A DNA stretch of 60,000 bases from NCBI GenBank assembly GCA_051294905.1, contig CM119372.1:29638001-29698000 (forward strand), in the 5' to 3' direction. The notes beneath the pieces were generated by a model. The model had not been told where the DNA came from, ran no database searches, and saw nothing but the letters and a program-made list of their open reading frames with translations. The DNA comes from Botryllus schlosseri. Lineage: Eukaryota. Of the stretch, positions 1 to 10,656 are shown piece after piece; position 1 is the first letter of the stretch, and each line of letters starts with the position of its first letter. The position numbers and the translations under genes were made by a program.

Positions 1-615
1 ATCTGAAAGAAATCTATTTTGAGTCGCACACACAAATTATCATTTCTTCGCGGGCGCATCATTTTTCTCTGTGGGTGGCCTAGTTGGCATTTACATTGTG
101 GGATCTGATTAGGAGCAAGACAAGATTATTCGTCACGCCCATCCAGCGCGGTTATGGACAGTGGATACATACACAAAGTTTCGGCCAAGGTCTTTTTTTG
201 ATAGCACACTTCACGAAGTTACATGTTGACCGAAGCTGCATATGTCTTGGATGTGTCGTGGCACGGTAATGACCGGCACCGTAATGCTTATATCAATAAA
301 TAGGTAATTAAATCTTTCGAGAACACTCTATTAATTATATGCGTTGATTTACGAAATAACTTGGTGTCCTCTTCGGACTCTCTCCCCAACCTATCGGTAG
401 TTTTGGTTACGACCCTGGCTAGAATGCAAATCGTTGGATGCGTGAAATCGTCAGCTATATATAGTTGATCAATGGGTATATTAGGACGTCAACAGCAAAT
501 GACGTCATGATATCTCATCTATAAAGAAAGTTGTTCCCTCATGAGACCCTTCATCGCAATCGTGATATTGTCTTCCAATATGTGTTCAAAGATCAATTCT
601 AAGAAAGAAAATCAA

Positions 616-769
616 TGTAATCGCGAGTAATCGTGATTACTTTTCCAATGTAATCGTAATCGTAATCGACTACTTCCAGATTTTGCTGTAATCGTAATCG
701 TAATCGCCAGATTCAGAAGTCATCGTAATCGCAATCGATTACATTCATGAAGTAATCACCCCATGTCTG
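616..769. repeat. (GTAATC)n-rich subterminal array ending in gtaatcacccatgtctg; probable end of a non-autonomous DNA transposon. A related copy lies at 1167-1290 plus 2269-2292
   Basis: Tandem gtaatc/gtaatcg units with the same terminal motif cccatgtctg in both copies; also present in duplication copy 2. Confidence 0.55.
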
Positions 770-987
770 GTCCATTGTTATTTATAACTTTGTTAAACCA
801 TGTTATTTCGCCATTCCCAGAAAAAGACTGCGCTATTGAAATGATATCAATATCGCTGACGAGTACGAGACCATACTAAAAGAAAAATCTCTTTCGTGAG
901 GCCCACGTCATTGCAAATTACCATTTCTTCACAGTGCGCAATTGTATCTCGGTTTCAGACTTCAGCGAGAACACTATCTGCCCTTGG

Positions 988-1166
988 CAATGTTCCCTCT
1001 AATTTTTCACGAGTCTGCGCGCTTGCGCGGTACCGTGCAGAACAGTGCGCAACGACTAAAAAAAGTCATCACTTCAGATTTTTTGTGCGCAGCTTAGATT
1101 TTCTGTGCGCAGAGACCGTTTCAACACTGCGCATTTGCGCACGTGCGCAGCTTAGAGGGAACATTG
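988..1166. mobile_element. Short MITE with 15-bp TIRs CAATGTTCCCTCTAA (hAT-like); duplicate at ~19539-19709
   Basis: caatgttccctctaa...ttagagggaacattg with internal tgcgca repeats; no clean TSD seen. Confidence 0.65.
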
Positions 1167-1290
1167 ATCGTGAGTAATAATTGTGATTGCTTTTCCAAAG
1201 TAATCGTAATCGTAATCGACTACTTGCTGATTTTGCTGTAATCGTAATCGCGTGATTTAGAAGTAATCGCACTCGTTTACATTCATGAAG

Positions 1291-2268
1291 CAGTGTTGGG
1301 ACGACTCGAGTCATGACTTGACTCGAGTCAGACTCGAGTCACCTTTTTCGTATGACTTGACTTGACTCGAGTCACTTTGCTAAAATGACTTGACTTGACT
1401 TGACTCGGCGTATCAAAATTGTGGATTGACTCGTGACTCGGAGCAAAATTCACGAGTCAATTTCAAGTCATCAAGTAATCGGTGTCGATAAAAATCCCTG
1501 TATCTTGCATATGGTCGGACTGTTCGCTAAATGCTGGTGTAACCCGTGAGAGCGACCAATCTTTCATTGATCGTGCGCTGTACTGAACCTCCATTGTTCT
1601 CTCACAAATAAATTTACCGCAAACGAAGTGATCGAATTTTACAGATTATACGTTGTCGTAAACTAGTACAGTAAAGTAATTTAATAGCAAAATGTATATT
1701 TCTGTTCTCTGTTCTTTCCCTAACCAAACCTCATGTTTTATTGAAATTGAAGTCAAATATAGTTAATACAGTCCTCATCCATTGGCGTAGGCTTGAATTG
1801 TATCATATCAATTTGTAAATGGTAATGTATTGCATCTTATCAATTCGTTTCTCTATTCTCTATTTTGACTGGTAACTATAAACTGAGGCTGTGTAATTAC
1901 TTACGTAGTTTAGCAGTTCTACGTATATGTCAGCGATACAGCGCCTTATTGCGTGTATATTTAACTCTATATTCGCTCATTGGTTCAGAATCAATGACCA
2001 CCCAATCTGTATTTCAAACAGCTAGCAAAATGCAATGACGTATAATCATGCCACATACTTCGAAAAGACAACTTGACTTGAATTGTGACTTGACTCGTGA
2101 CTTGACTTGACTTGACTCGACTTGACTCGAGTCACCTCCAAAAATTGAGTGACTTGACTTGACTCGAGTCACTTCCGAAAATCGATTGACTTGACTTGAC
2201 TCGAGTCAAAATCTGCAATGACTCGAGATGACTCGTGACTCGAAGGTAGTGACTTGATCCCAACACTG
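1291..2268. mobile_element. Non-autonomous hAT-type element (978 bp) with GACTT/GACTCGAGTC subterminal arrays
   Basis: TIR cagtgttggga / tcccaacactg; 8-bp TSD TCATGAAG at 1283-1290 and 2269-2276; empty site in copy 2 near 19826. Confidence 0.92.
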
Positions 2269-3307
2269 TCATGAAGTAATCACCCATGTCTGAATGCACA
2301 CGCGTTTTGCCATTTTGCTAGAGAGGTTCAACCAGATTCCCAATTGATGCCTTGTATCACTTATCAGTATGCGTATTGTTTTCGTGTTGTTTCTTTCCTT
2401 ATGGTTTACGTAACAGTTGTAACATTTTGGGCAAGGTGGCACTGTACAGGTTTCGAACTTTGCAATTCTACTCTGGAATCAAGCTCACGTGAGCTTTTCA
2501 CCCGCAACAATGGTGCATGGCTTGAGTTTGAGACGTTTCTCTGGATACTGGCCTCGCCTTTGTGATATGCGGCTCGAACGTGAAGCAAGCCTGGCCACTC
2601 CTGTTGTATATCATGCAAAGCGTGAATGAGGAAGCATGAAACTGAAAAACAAAGTACCATCCGGCATCATTTGACTGTCAAAATCAGAAACCCGTTCCTG
2701 TGAATCCAGGCAATGACCTAAATTGAGTTTGAATTGAGTTTGACATGACTGTTTTTGCCTACATGAAGATTTGGTTTCTGTCGAGTAGTTCCTGATTGTC
2801 TTCATATCTGTTTTATGATGCATGATGTCAGCAGTTAGGTAAGTGGGAAGACGTCATTTCCTGCAGAACCGCTATTGGAAACGAGGTAAGAGTCCCGGAA
2901 GAAGAACTATTGCAGTTACCATTGTCGATATAAATGATCCGATGATCGAAAATCGAAACCAGTTTCAACGGCATTGACTCGTGTGGCGAGACACGACAAT
3001 ACCGCCCTGCCTGGCGATCCAGCAGTTGTGTAGTAGGTCTGTATGTAGATGCGGCTCGTGCGTATAATAAATTGGTGTGCTACACCATGTTTGCTTGGAA
3101 AAGTTATTCTCATGAATTTTTCCACACGGGCTTACTTCTAATACGGTAGCGCTTATAGTTATATTAAACGTTCAAGTGCCAACTACCAGATTGCCATTTG
3201 GTGGTATGTAGCCTTACGTATCGTACGATACGTCCCAGCATGCCGCCAGATCAGTGCACATGATTGTCCAAACCGCATCCCTGGAAGAGCTAACGACGAG
3301 TATTGGC

Positions 3308-3697
3308 TAGGGCTGGGCACAATGATTCGGGTACTCGAATCTGAATCGATATTAATTTTAATGATTCGAGTCGAGTAGCAAAAAACGATTTTTTCGAGTA
3401 CTGAAGTTATTCGCTCTTCGCCACTCGAAGTTAATTTACTAACGAGAATTAAATTTATGATACTATTTTCCACTGTGGTAGCCTTGCAACCATGATTGGC
3501 CGTATCGCAACAGACAATGTGTATCTTCAATGTGATGGATAACGGGCATTATATTCTTTGTGGTGGCATAAAAGGTACATATTTGACATGTGTCATATTA
3601 TATACTGTTATGACGTCATAATGAGTGGTACTCGACTCGAAGCATGATGCGTGATTCAGGATCGAATCACTTAGGTACTCGATTTTGCCCAACCATA
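3308..3697. mobile_element. Degenerate hAT-type MITE (TAGGGCTGGGCA end)
   Basis: tagggctgggca ... tgcccaaccata imperfect TIRs, with gtactcga/gattc subterminal motifs; TSD imperfect. Confidence 0.55.
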
Positions 3698-4117
3698 GTA
3701 TACGGCCGTAAACCAATTAGTTTCGCAAAACCAATTGGTCCTGAATTAACTGGATTGGATTGCATTTCCGTTTACGTTTTCGATATGGGATAGTTCCATC
3801 AGCAGCGCCATTACAGACAAAACAGCTTCTGCATACGCTTGCATGGGCACTGCGCTCGACGTTTTTTGACCCCCAACAATGCCAATACGGCCGTAAACCA
3901 AACTTTACGCTGATTGGTCGAGAGACAATGGCCATGGATACGGCGCAGTAACGGAGGACTCTGCATTTACCTAAGCCTAGTTGGCACTACGATGTATTCC
4001 TATGGCCGTGTAGACTGTATAAAAACCACAAGATTACAGATAAATGTTCATTTCTTCATCAATAACAGAATTATTAGGAAAGTAAATAAAATATTTAGTA
4101 ACATATACTAAAATATA

Positions 4118-4250
4118 TTGCCGAAATACTGCTGTGTTTATAAATGCAGTGCCACCAATGGCAACGAACTGGGTAAGAACAGATCTTTCCACTCATTTCC
4201 TTCCAACGCAAAGGACAGGAAGGCTTGGGAATGCAGAGTAAGAAGGCAGG
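4118..4250 (+). pseudogene. Truncated THAP zinc-finger N-terminus
   Basis: PKYCCVYKCSATNGNELGKNRSFHSFPSNAKDRKAWECRVRR fits the THAP pattern C-x4-C...F-x2-FP...R-x2-W; breaks off before the second C/H pair. Confidence 0.8.
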
Positions 4251-4603
4251 CCTATTTGTGGCATACATTTGGCCTGAATTTGATGCCAATAAGAGTGATT
4301 TACTTGTAATTATCTAGCAGCAGTCAAATAAAAACTCCCCTTCTGTGAATTTTTCCCCAGTTCAAATTTCATGAGCTCGTCGACTATGTTGTTACGATAT
4401 TTCCAGGGGCACCTTACCTTAAGCACACAAACTGCAGATGAGGTCTGCTCAGCTAGAATCACTCTATCAGGTGAACCACCCAGATATCCACATGAAAAAA
4501 AAACAAGACTAATCTTTGCTACATTCGCATGAGTGATGTTCAAGTAGTCTTGAATAGCCCTTTCTTCGTGCGATAACCCCCACAATATTGAATCCCTGTT
4601 CAT
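4250..4603 (-). pseudogene. YqaJ-like (lambda exonuclease, PD-(D/E)xK) domain remnant
   Basis: WGLSHEERAIQDY...GYLGGSPD...LKVRCP, then frameshifted HSYWHQIQ/GQMYAT. The catalytic ExK is degenerated. Confidence 0.8.
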
Positions 4604-5127
4604 GCTCTATTGTCCTTGAAAAGAGATGGTGGATATGGAGTACCTGCTGCATGACTTGTTCCCCTCAAAGCAGTCCCAAACCCTACCAAAATTGCTACTT
4701 GTGAGTCGAAGAGCCCTATGTATTTACCCCATTCTGCTCATTATCTCTGTTCTGATGTCCTGTGGGCAAGGTAGCTAATCTGCATATGACTAACTTTGTT
4801 GGCTTCTAACCCTAAGATTCATGTGTTGGCGTTGAAGATTCCATTTCAAGGCTACACGATGGGGATTCTAGATCAGGATCACCAGATGACAATGTAGGAT
4901 TTGCATGTGCAGCATCCACAACATTGGAGGGAGAAAGTTGACACGGAATGGAGGTAAGGGTCCGCCTTTTTGCAATGCGCGTATCTTCTGCTTCACCACG
5001 GAGATTGTGACTGGGAATCACACCTCTCTTTAAACGTGATTTTCTGAACTGTTTTGGTGTATCTATAATGCACTTGCACCAAAATCTTCCTTGCAAAAGC
5101 GGTAGGAGCAAATTATTATTATTATTA

Positions 5128-8100
5128 TATTCTTTATTCACAGTAAAACTGGTAGATACACACATAATCCGGGGAGCAACCTGCCCCCAAAGGAAAATGG
5201 CGAGATTGGAGTAAATTTTTAAAATTTCAGTAATACATTCAAATTGTTATTCCTATGCAATACACGGAGAAGTCAGATTACAGAATTGCAGCAGATGAAG
5301 AATTGGCAAGGGTTACAGAGCAGAGGTAGAGATGATTGAAGATGAAGAATCGAAATTACAGAAATTATGCTGTGATTCACAAGCGTAATTTTAGTCCAGT
5401 GGTGCATTCAAGGCCTTCCGAAGAATGTGCACAGTGCCCAATAATGTGATCTTTTGGATCATGTCGAATCGAACGTTACCCGGAATTTGTTGGATATGTC
5501 TCATGAGTTTTTTGCTCACGACCCCTGTAGCACCAATGACTATCGGTACAATGTTTATTTTGCATCGCCACATTTTCTCACATTCCATTTTGAGATCTGC
5601 GTATTTGGAGTATTTTTCTGATTCTTTTTGCAGTAGGTTGTGATCAGCTGGGACAGCCAGTTCAATGAATAAGCATTCTCTTCTCTTTTTTAGTTTGACG
5701 ATTATATCCGGGCGGTTGCTCCTGATTTCGCGGTCAGTTATAACTGGTACATCCCACAGAATTTTTACTTGTTCGTTTTCTGTCACTGGTGCTGGGCTGT
5801 AATCGTACCAATTTTTTGTCGAAGTGGTGATGTTAAAATGTTTGCATAATTCAAGATGAATGTAGTGACCAATCCTATTGTGTCTCCATGTGTATTCGGT
5901 AGCTGCAAGTGCACCACAGCCGGACATGAGATGTGCTACAGTTTCATTTTGGTTGTGGCACATTCTGCATTTGCCGTCCGTGTTTTGCTTCAGAATTCTT
6001 TTGCGATAGTATTTTGTAGGAAGCGATTGGTCTTGTGCTGCGAAAATGAATCCTTCGCTTGCCGGTTTCAGGCCAGAGCTGGATAGCCAGGTCCATGAAA
6101 GCTCGTCTACATGGGGCTGTGAAGTTAACTTCTTGTGCTGTCCATGAAGAGGCATCGACTCCCATATCGTTTCTCTCATTTTCAGCGTTGCATTTTTGTA
6201 TCGGACTCGTGCTGCTTTTGCTATTGTTGTGGGTTTAGCAACAGTGTTTTCTGCAGTGTACAGGTTAGCTGTTTCCAAGTTGACTTCTCTGGCGTACTTG
6301 TCGTGACGATAGCTCAGAGATTTTGTTTTGCGCTGTTTGTCTTCCTGTGCAATGAGTTTGCAGTAAATGTTATCGCTGTTGTTGATGTACTGTGACAAGC
6401 CGATGATTTCTGTTTTGAAGGTTTGTTCAATTTCTTGTAGTCCTCGACCACCTTTTTTTCTGGGGATGTACAGTCTTTGTGTATCAGATTTTGGGTGATG
6501 CATGTGGTGCATTGTCATCAGTTTTCTCGTCTTTGTGTCCAATTTTTTAATTTCATCTTTACGCCAGTTCACCACACCAAAGCTATATCTCAAGACAGGC
6601 ACTGCAAGACTGTTTATGGCATTGATTTTGTTTTTGGAATTGAGTTCAGTTTTGAGAATTGACTTGAGCCTGCTGATGTATTCTTTTTTTAGACTTGATT
6701 TCATTGCAGCATGTTTAATGTTGTCGCTTTCACAGATCCCTAGATATTTATAGTGATCTTCGGCATTCAATTCTGTTATGGTTTCGTCCATTTTGAAGTT
6801 CATGTCGCCAGTGCTGGTGGCTCTTCCGCGTCGTATGGTAAGTTTTGAGCATTTATCCAAGCCAAATTTCATTTTTATATCTTCCGAAAACTCATGAACA
6901 ATTTTCATTTGGTTATTCAGGTCCGTGTCGGATTTCGCATACAGTTTCAGATCATCCATGAACAAAAGGTGATGAATCTTTTGACCTTCAGAATTTGCTG
7001 CTTTTTTCATCACGTATCCTGTTTCATTTTTTCTCAGCAACTCACTGAGTGGAGCTAAGCTGAGGCAGAATAGAAGTGGTGAGAATGAGTCGCCTTGGAA
7101 GATACCATTGCATATCTGAATTGTACAGGTTTCTGTTTCACCTTGGTCATGTTTGATCAACAGTTTTGTATGCCAATTTTTCATTGAATTTTCAATAAAT
7201 CTGATGATGATCGGATTCATTTTGTACATACGCATTGTTTTCAGTATCCACGTGTGAGGGACTGAATCGAAAGCTTTTTTGTAATCTATCCATGCCATGC
7301 TGAGGTTAGTGTGTCTCCTCTTGCAGTTTTCAAGAATGGTTTTGTCAAGGAGCAGGTGGTCCTTACAGCCAAGGGCGCCTTCCTTGCATCCTTTCTGCTC
7401 AGGCGGTAGAAGATTTTCTAGGTGTTTGTAGCTTCGTTTTGCCAGGATTTTGGTCAGTGTTTTGTACATGGTTGTCAGGCATGTTATTGGCCTGTAGTTC
7501 TTGGGGTCCCTGGTGTTTTCATTTTTTGGAATAAGATAGGTGATCCCTTGTGTGAACCAGGCTGGGATCTCGTGCGAGCTGGTTGAGGATAAAAGCTCAT
7601 TGTAGGTCACCGCTAGGTAATTATGTGTTGCAGTTAGTTTTTTTAGCCAAAAGTTTTTGATCTGGTCAGGACCAGCTGCTTTCCAGTTCAGTGAACTCTT
7701 CAGGGCCTCCTTGATTTCTTGTTTTGTGATCTCTGACCATTGTTGTTCTGGTGTTTGTAGATGGTCAGTGTGGAGGTCTTGTATCCAATTTGCATTTGAG
7801 TTGTGCAATTTTTTGGTTTCCCATATTTTCTTCCAAAATGATTCCACATCTGCAGTGGCTGGTATTTTGCTGCTGGTAATATTTTGATTTGACTTTTGTT
7901 TCATCATTCGAAAAAATTGTCCAGGTTTGCGAGCAAATAACAAATTTTGGCGATATTGTGTTTCTCGTTTTTTATATCGTTTCAATCGTTGTGCTTTGGC
8001 GCACATTCTCATTTTTAATTCTTCTTGCAACATTGTCACTTTTTCTGTTGACTGCAGTTTGGTTTGGTGCTCCAGTTCTATTCTTTTTACTTTATTTTTT

Positions 8101-9178
8101 ACTTTGCGGGAAACATTTCCTTTTTTTAGTTCTGAGAGTATCGCAACGTCACACCTTAGTTTTGCGATTTTGTTTTCAATTCTGCGTTGCCAAGCTGGCG
8201 TATGCCTTCCCCTTTTTTTGTTGACAGTTCTTGGTATTTTGCAGTGCCTTTCTGAGATAACTGCCGCAGTGCTGTAAATGAGGTTGTTGATTGTTGTCAA
8301 GGGACATTGTGGTCTTTCTCCTTGTTTGTCATTTAGAGTTGAAGGTAGTATGGTTTCTGTCAAAATTTTGTTCGCTACTGCAATATCAGTTTTCAGTTTC
8401 TTTGTAATTTGTAAGTCAGGTAACTGCACCCTGTCATTTACATTCAATGTGGATTTCATGCGGTCGATGATTTGATTTTTGATCTCCAATTCTAATTCCG
8501 TGTCTATGTCGCCATCGTTAGGTGTTGTTGATTCATTCGGGTGCCCGGTGGTATTTTGTAATTCTACTTCTGCGATGTTCGGGTCATCAAGTGATTGTTG
8601 TGGGTTCAGGTCATCTTGGCCGAATTGCAGTTCCATTGCCTCAGAGTTTTCTATGTTTTTGTTACACATTTCTCCCTCGATTTCTGCGAGTTCTTGTTCA
8701 GATATTTTTTTATTTTTTATTACACAACGTCTCATTGTTGCCAGGGTATTGGCAGTCATGGTTGGAGAGTTGTTCGTTCTCTCTTTCCATTTTTGAAAAG
8801 TTCCTTCGGTTACTCCTGCCGAGTTTTCAAATTTGGCTAAGAAGTAACATCTCATTATTTCTTTATACTCTTCTTTACTCCATCTGTGTCTCTTCTTTTT
8901 TTCTTTTGCAGCAGAGCTGTTTTGTGAGCCACAGTTCGGTGTTGCACAGGCGCCATGTTGAGAAATATCTTCTCTTTGGTGTTCCTGTGTGGTCGGAGTT
9001 GACGAGTCCTCTGGGGTCATCCGCTTGGTCCCACGGCGGGTACGTCCAGGTGCGATATATCCAGATCGTTTCGCAGGCATTCACAGCAGTGATGCGTCAG
9101 TTCAGAAGTTAGGTTAAGTTAAAGTAATTAATTAATTATTAATTAATTCTTAATACAACCAAATACTCCAATACTCCA
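5128..9178 (-). mobile_element. Apparently full-length R4-clade (Dong-like) non-LTR retrotransposon inserted in a (TAA)n microsatellite
   Basis: Flanked by (att)n at 5112-5127 and 9179-9194; empty site ttattattattattaatattattatc near 23981-24006; single RT+RLE ORF. Confidence 0.92.
5391..9080 (-). CDS. 1229-aa reverse transcriptase / restriction-like endonuclease polyprotein
   Basis: Uninterrupted ORF. RT motifs KAAGPD, NYRPITCL, WIDYKKAFDSVPH, GIFQGDSFSPLLF, FMDD; CCHC knuckle CRMC..ETVAHLMSGC; RHN; RLE motif NRPDII...IELAVP...K. Confidence 0.97.
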   Translation of the reverse strand: MPAKRSGYIAPGRTRRGTKRMTPEDSSTPTTQEHQREDISQHGACATPNCGSQNSSAAKEKKKRHRWSKEEYKEIMRCYFLAKFENSAGVTEGTFQKWKERTNNSPTMTANTLATMRRCVIKNKKISEQELAEIEGEMCNKNIENSEAMELQFGQDDLNPQQSLDDPNIAEVELQNTTGHPNESTTPNDGDIDTELELEIKNQIIDRMKSTLNVNDRVQLPDLQITKKLKTDIAVANKILTETILPSTLNDKQGERPQCPLTTINNLIYSTAAVISERHCKIPRTVNKKRGRHTPAWQRRIENKIAKLRCDVAILSELKKGNVSRKVKNKVKRIELEHQTKLQSTEKVTMLQEELKMRMCAKAQRLKRYKKRETQYRQNLLFARKPGQFFRMMKQKSNQNITSSKIPATADVESFWKKIWETKKLHNSNANWIQDLHTDHLQTPEQQWSEITKQEIKEALKSSLNWKAAGPDQIKNFWLKKLTATHNYLAVTYNELLSSTSSHEIPAWFTQGITYLIPKNENTRDPKNYRPITCLTTMYKTLTKILAKRSYKHLENLLPPEQKGCKEGALGCKDHLLLDKTILENCKRRHTNLSMAWIDYKKAFDSVPHTWILKTMRMYKMNPIIIRFIENSMKNWHTKLLIKHDQGETETCTIQICNGIFQGDSFSPLLFCLSLAPLSELLRKNETGYVMKKAANSEGQKIHHLLFMDDLKLYAKSDTDLNNQMKIVHEFSEDIKMKFGLDKCSKLTIRRGRATSTGDMNFKMDETITELNAEDHYKYLGICESDNIKHAAMKSSLKKEYISRLKSILKTELNSKNKINAINSLAVPVLRYSFGVVNWRKDEIKKLDTKTRKLMTMHHMHHPKSDTQRLYIPRKKGGRGLQEIEQTFKTEIIGLSQYINNSDNIYCKLIAQEDKQRKTKSLSYRHDKYAREVNLETANLYTAENTVAKPTTIAKAARVRYKNATLKMRETIWESMPLHGQHKKLTSQPHVDELSWTWLSSSGLKPASEGFIFAAQDQSLPTKYYRKRILKQNTDGKCRMCHNQNETVAHLMSGCGALAATEYTWRHNRIGHYIHLELCKHFNITTSTKNWYDYSPAPVTENEQVKILWDVPVITDREIRSNRPDIIVKLKKRRECLFIELAVPADHNLLQKESEKYSKYADLKMECEKMWRCKINIVPIVIGATGVVSKKLMRHIQQIPGNVRFDMIQKITLLGTVHILRKALNAPLD

Positions 9179-9734
9179 ATTATTATTATTATTATCATTG
9201 TACACAACGGTGGTGCTTTTAGCCTGTAAGGCTTTGTACCGTTCGTCATAACAGTATTTGAACTGATCAATGCATTTCTTCTTGTCTTTGACATTCTTTC
9301 CACTCTCTTATGCACTCGCTCGCGATTCATCGGGTCTTTTGCTGCCGACTTATAGCTCGGCTCACTGTGATTTCTGGGCTTTTTAAGTCACTGCAACTGC
9401 AGTGAGGTCGGCGATGAGAGAGAGAGAGAGAGTCTTTATTTTCATCCAATCAAAATACATAACACACAGCAGTGATGGTGGTACAGAAAATATGCTTGCA
9501 CAGTATTCGGTATTAGATAGGAATGATCGATAAGACCGTGAAGGTCATCTAGTCTGATCACACCAGCATCAAACAGGTACACTTGACTCTAAACAGTCTG
9601 GCTGTAAAAAAAGGTTACAGTAGTTAAAAAAATAGGAGAAAAATTAAACGATGGTAGCAAATGATCAATGAAGCAATGTCTGGGCGAGGTAGGGCAACAG
9701 TGTTAGTGTAACGACAAGAGGTGATCAAGTAGGG

Positions 9735-9908
9735 CTTTTTTGAGCAAATGAAGCTTAAGGAAGTGGGCTGGAAGTCCTTCCTTCTTTCTCTGCATTATCA
9801 AGTCTTCCTGTCCTTTGCGTTGGGAGGAAATGAATGGAAATATATGTTCTTCCCCAGTTCATTGCCATTGGAGGCACTGCATTTATAACCAGAGCAGTAT
9901 TTCGGCAA
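9735..9908 (-). pseudogene. Degenerate THAP domain in the right arm of the THAP/YqaJ element
   Basis: Minus strand reads PKYCSGYKCSASNGNELGKNIYFHSFPPNAKDRKT**CRERRKDFQPTSLSFICS, with two in-frame stops. Confidence 0.7.
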
Positions 9909-10656
9909 AATATTTTAGTATATGTTTCTAAATATTTTATTTCCTTTCCTAATAATTCTGTTATTGATGAAGAAATAAACATTTATCTGTAATCTTGTCG
10001 TTTTTATACAGTCCACACGGCTATAGGAATACATGGTAGTGTCAGCTAGGCTTAGGTAAATGCAGCGTCCTCCGTTGCTGCGCCGTATCCATGGCCATTG
10101 TCTCTCGACCAATCAGCGTAAAGTTTGGTTTACGGCCGCATTGGCATTGTTGGGGGTCAAAAAAACGTCGATGGAAGGCCACATCATATCGAAAGCGCAG
10201 TGCCCATGCAAGCATATGCAGAAGCTGTTTTGTCTGTAATGGCGCTGCTGATGGAACTATCCCATATCGAAAACGTAAACGGAAATGCAATCCAATCCAG
10301 TTAATTCAGGACTAATTGGTTTTGCGAAACCGGAACATTCATTGACTTGAAAATTGGATCGAAAATTCGTCTCTTAATTACGATTCATTTGATATTTTCA
10401 AGTCCGAGTCCACTCAAGACATTTTAGGGTAGTGACTCGAGTCAAATCCTGACTCGAGTGATCAAACACGAATCCCACCAAATGTAGGCCTATGGTATAA
10501 TTGTGATATAATTGTTAATGTTGGGTTTAATATATATGTGTTAGGGGGCTTACAAAGTGCTGTCTTGAATCTGGAAAAGTACTCCGCGCCAAACATATCC
10601 TACTTCTTGCATTTGCAGAAATCGAGTTTTTGTATTCTTGACACTTTGACATCAAA

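Larger units (their letters stand above)
3701..10330. mobile_element. Decayed DNA transposon with ~550-bp inverted arms carrying THAP and YqaJ/lambda-exonuclease remnants (ISL2EU- or KolobokE-like gene content), interrupted by the Dong element
   Basis: Arms ~3720-4250 and ~9775-10330 are reverse complements with scattered mismatches and one ~20-bp indel. THAP motif in each arm, YqaJ motifs inside, no DDE transposase seen. Confidence 0.75.

Noticed and set aside
8522..9112. 196-aa and other plus-strand ORFs within 5425-9112
   Set aside because: Antisense shadows of the retrotransposon ORF, with biased composition and no motifs.
9415..9432. (GA)n tract and the following ~300 bp as a separate retroelement insertion
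   Set aside because: Plausible, but no TSD or family-diagnostic feature could be established; it is present in both copies.
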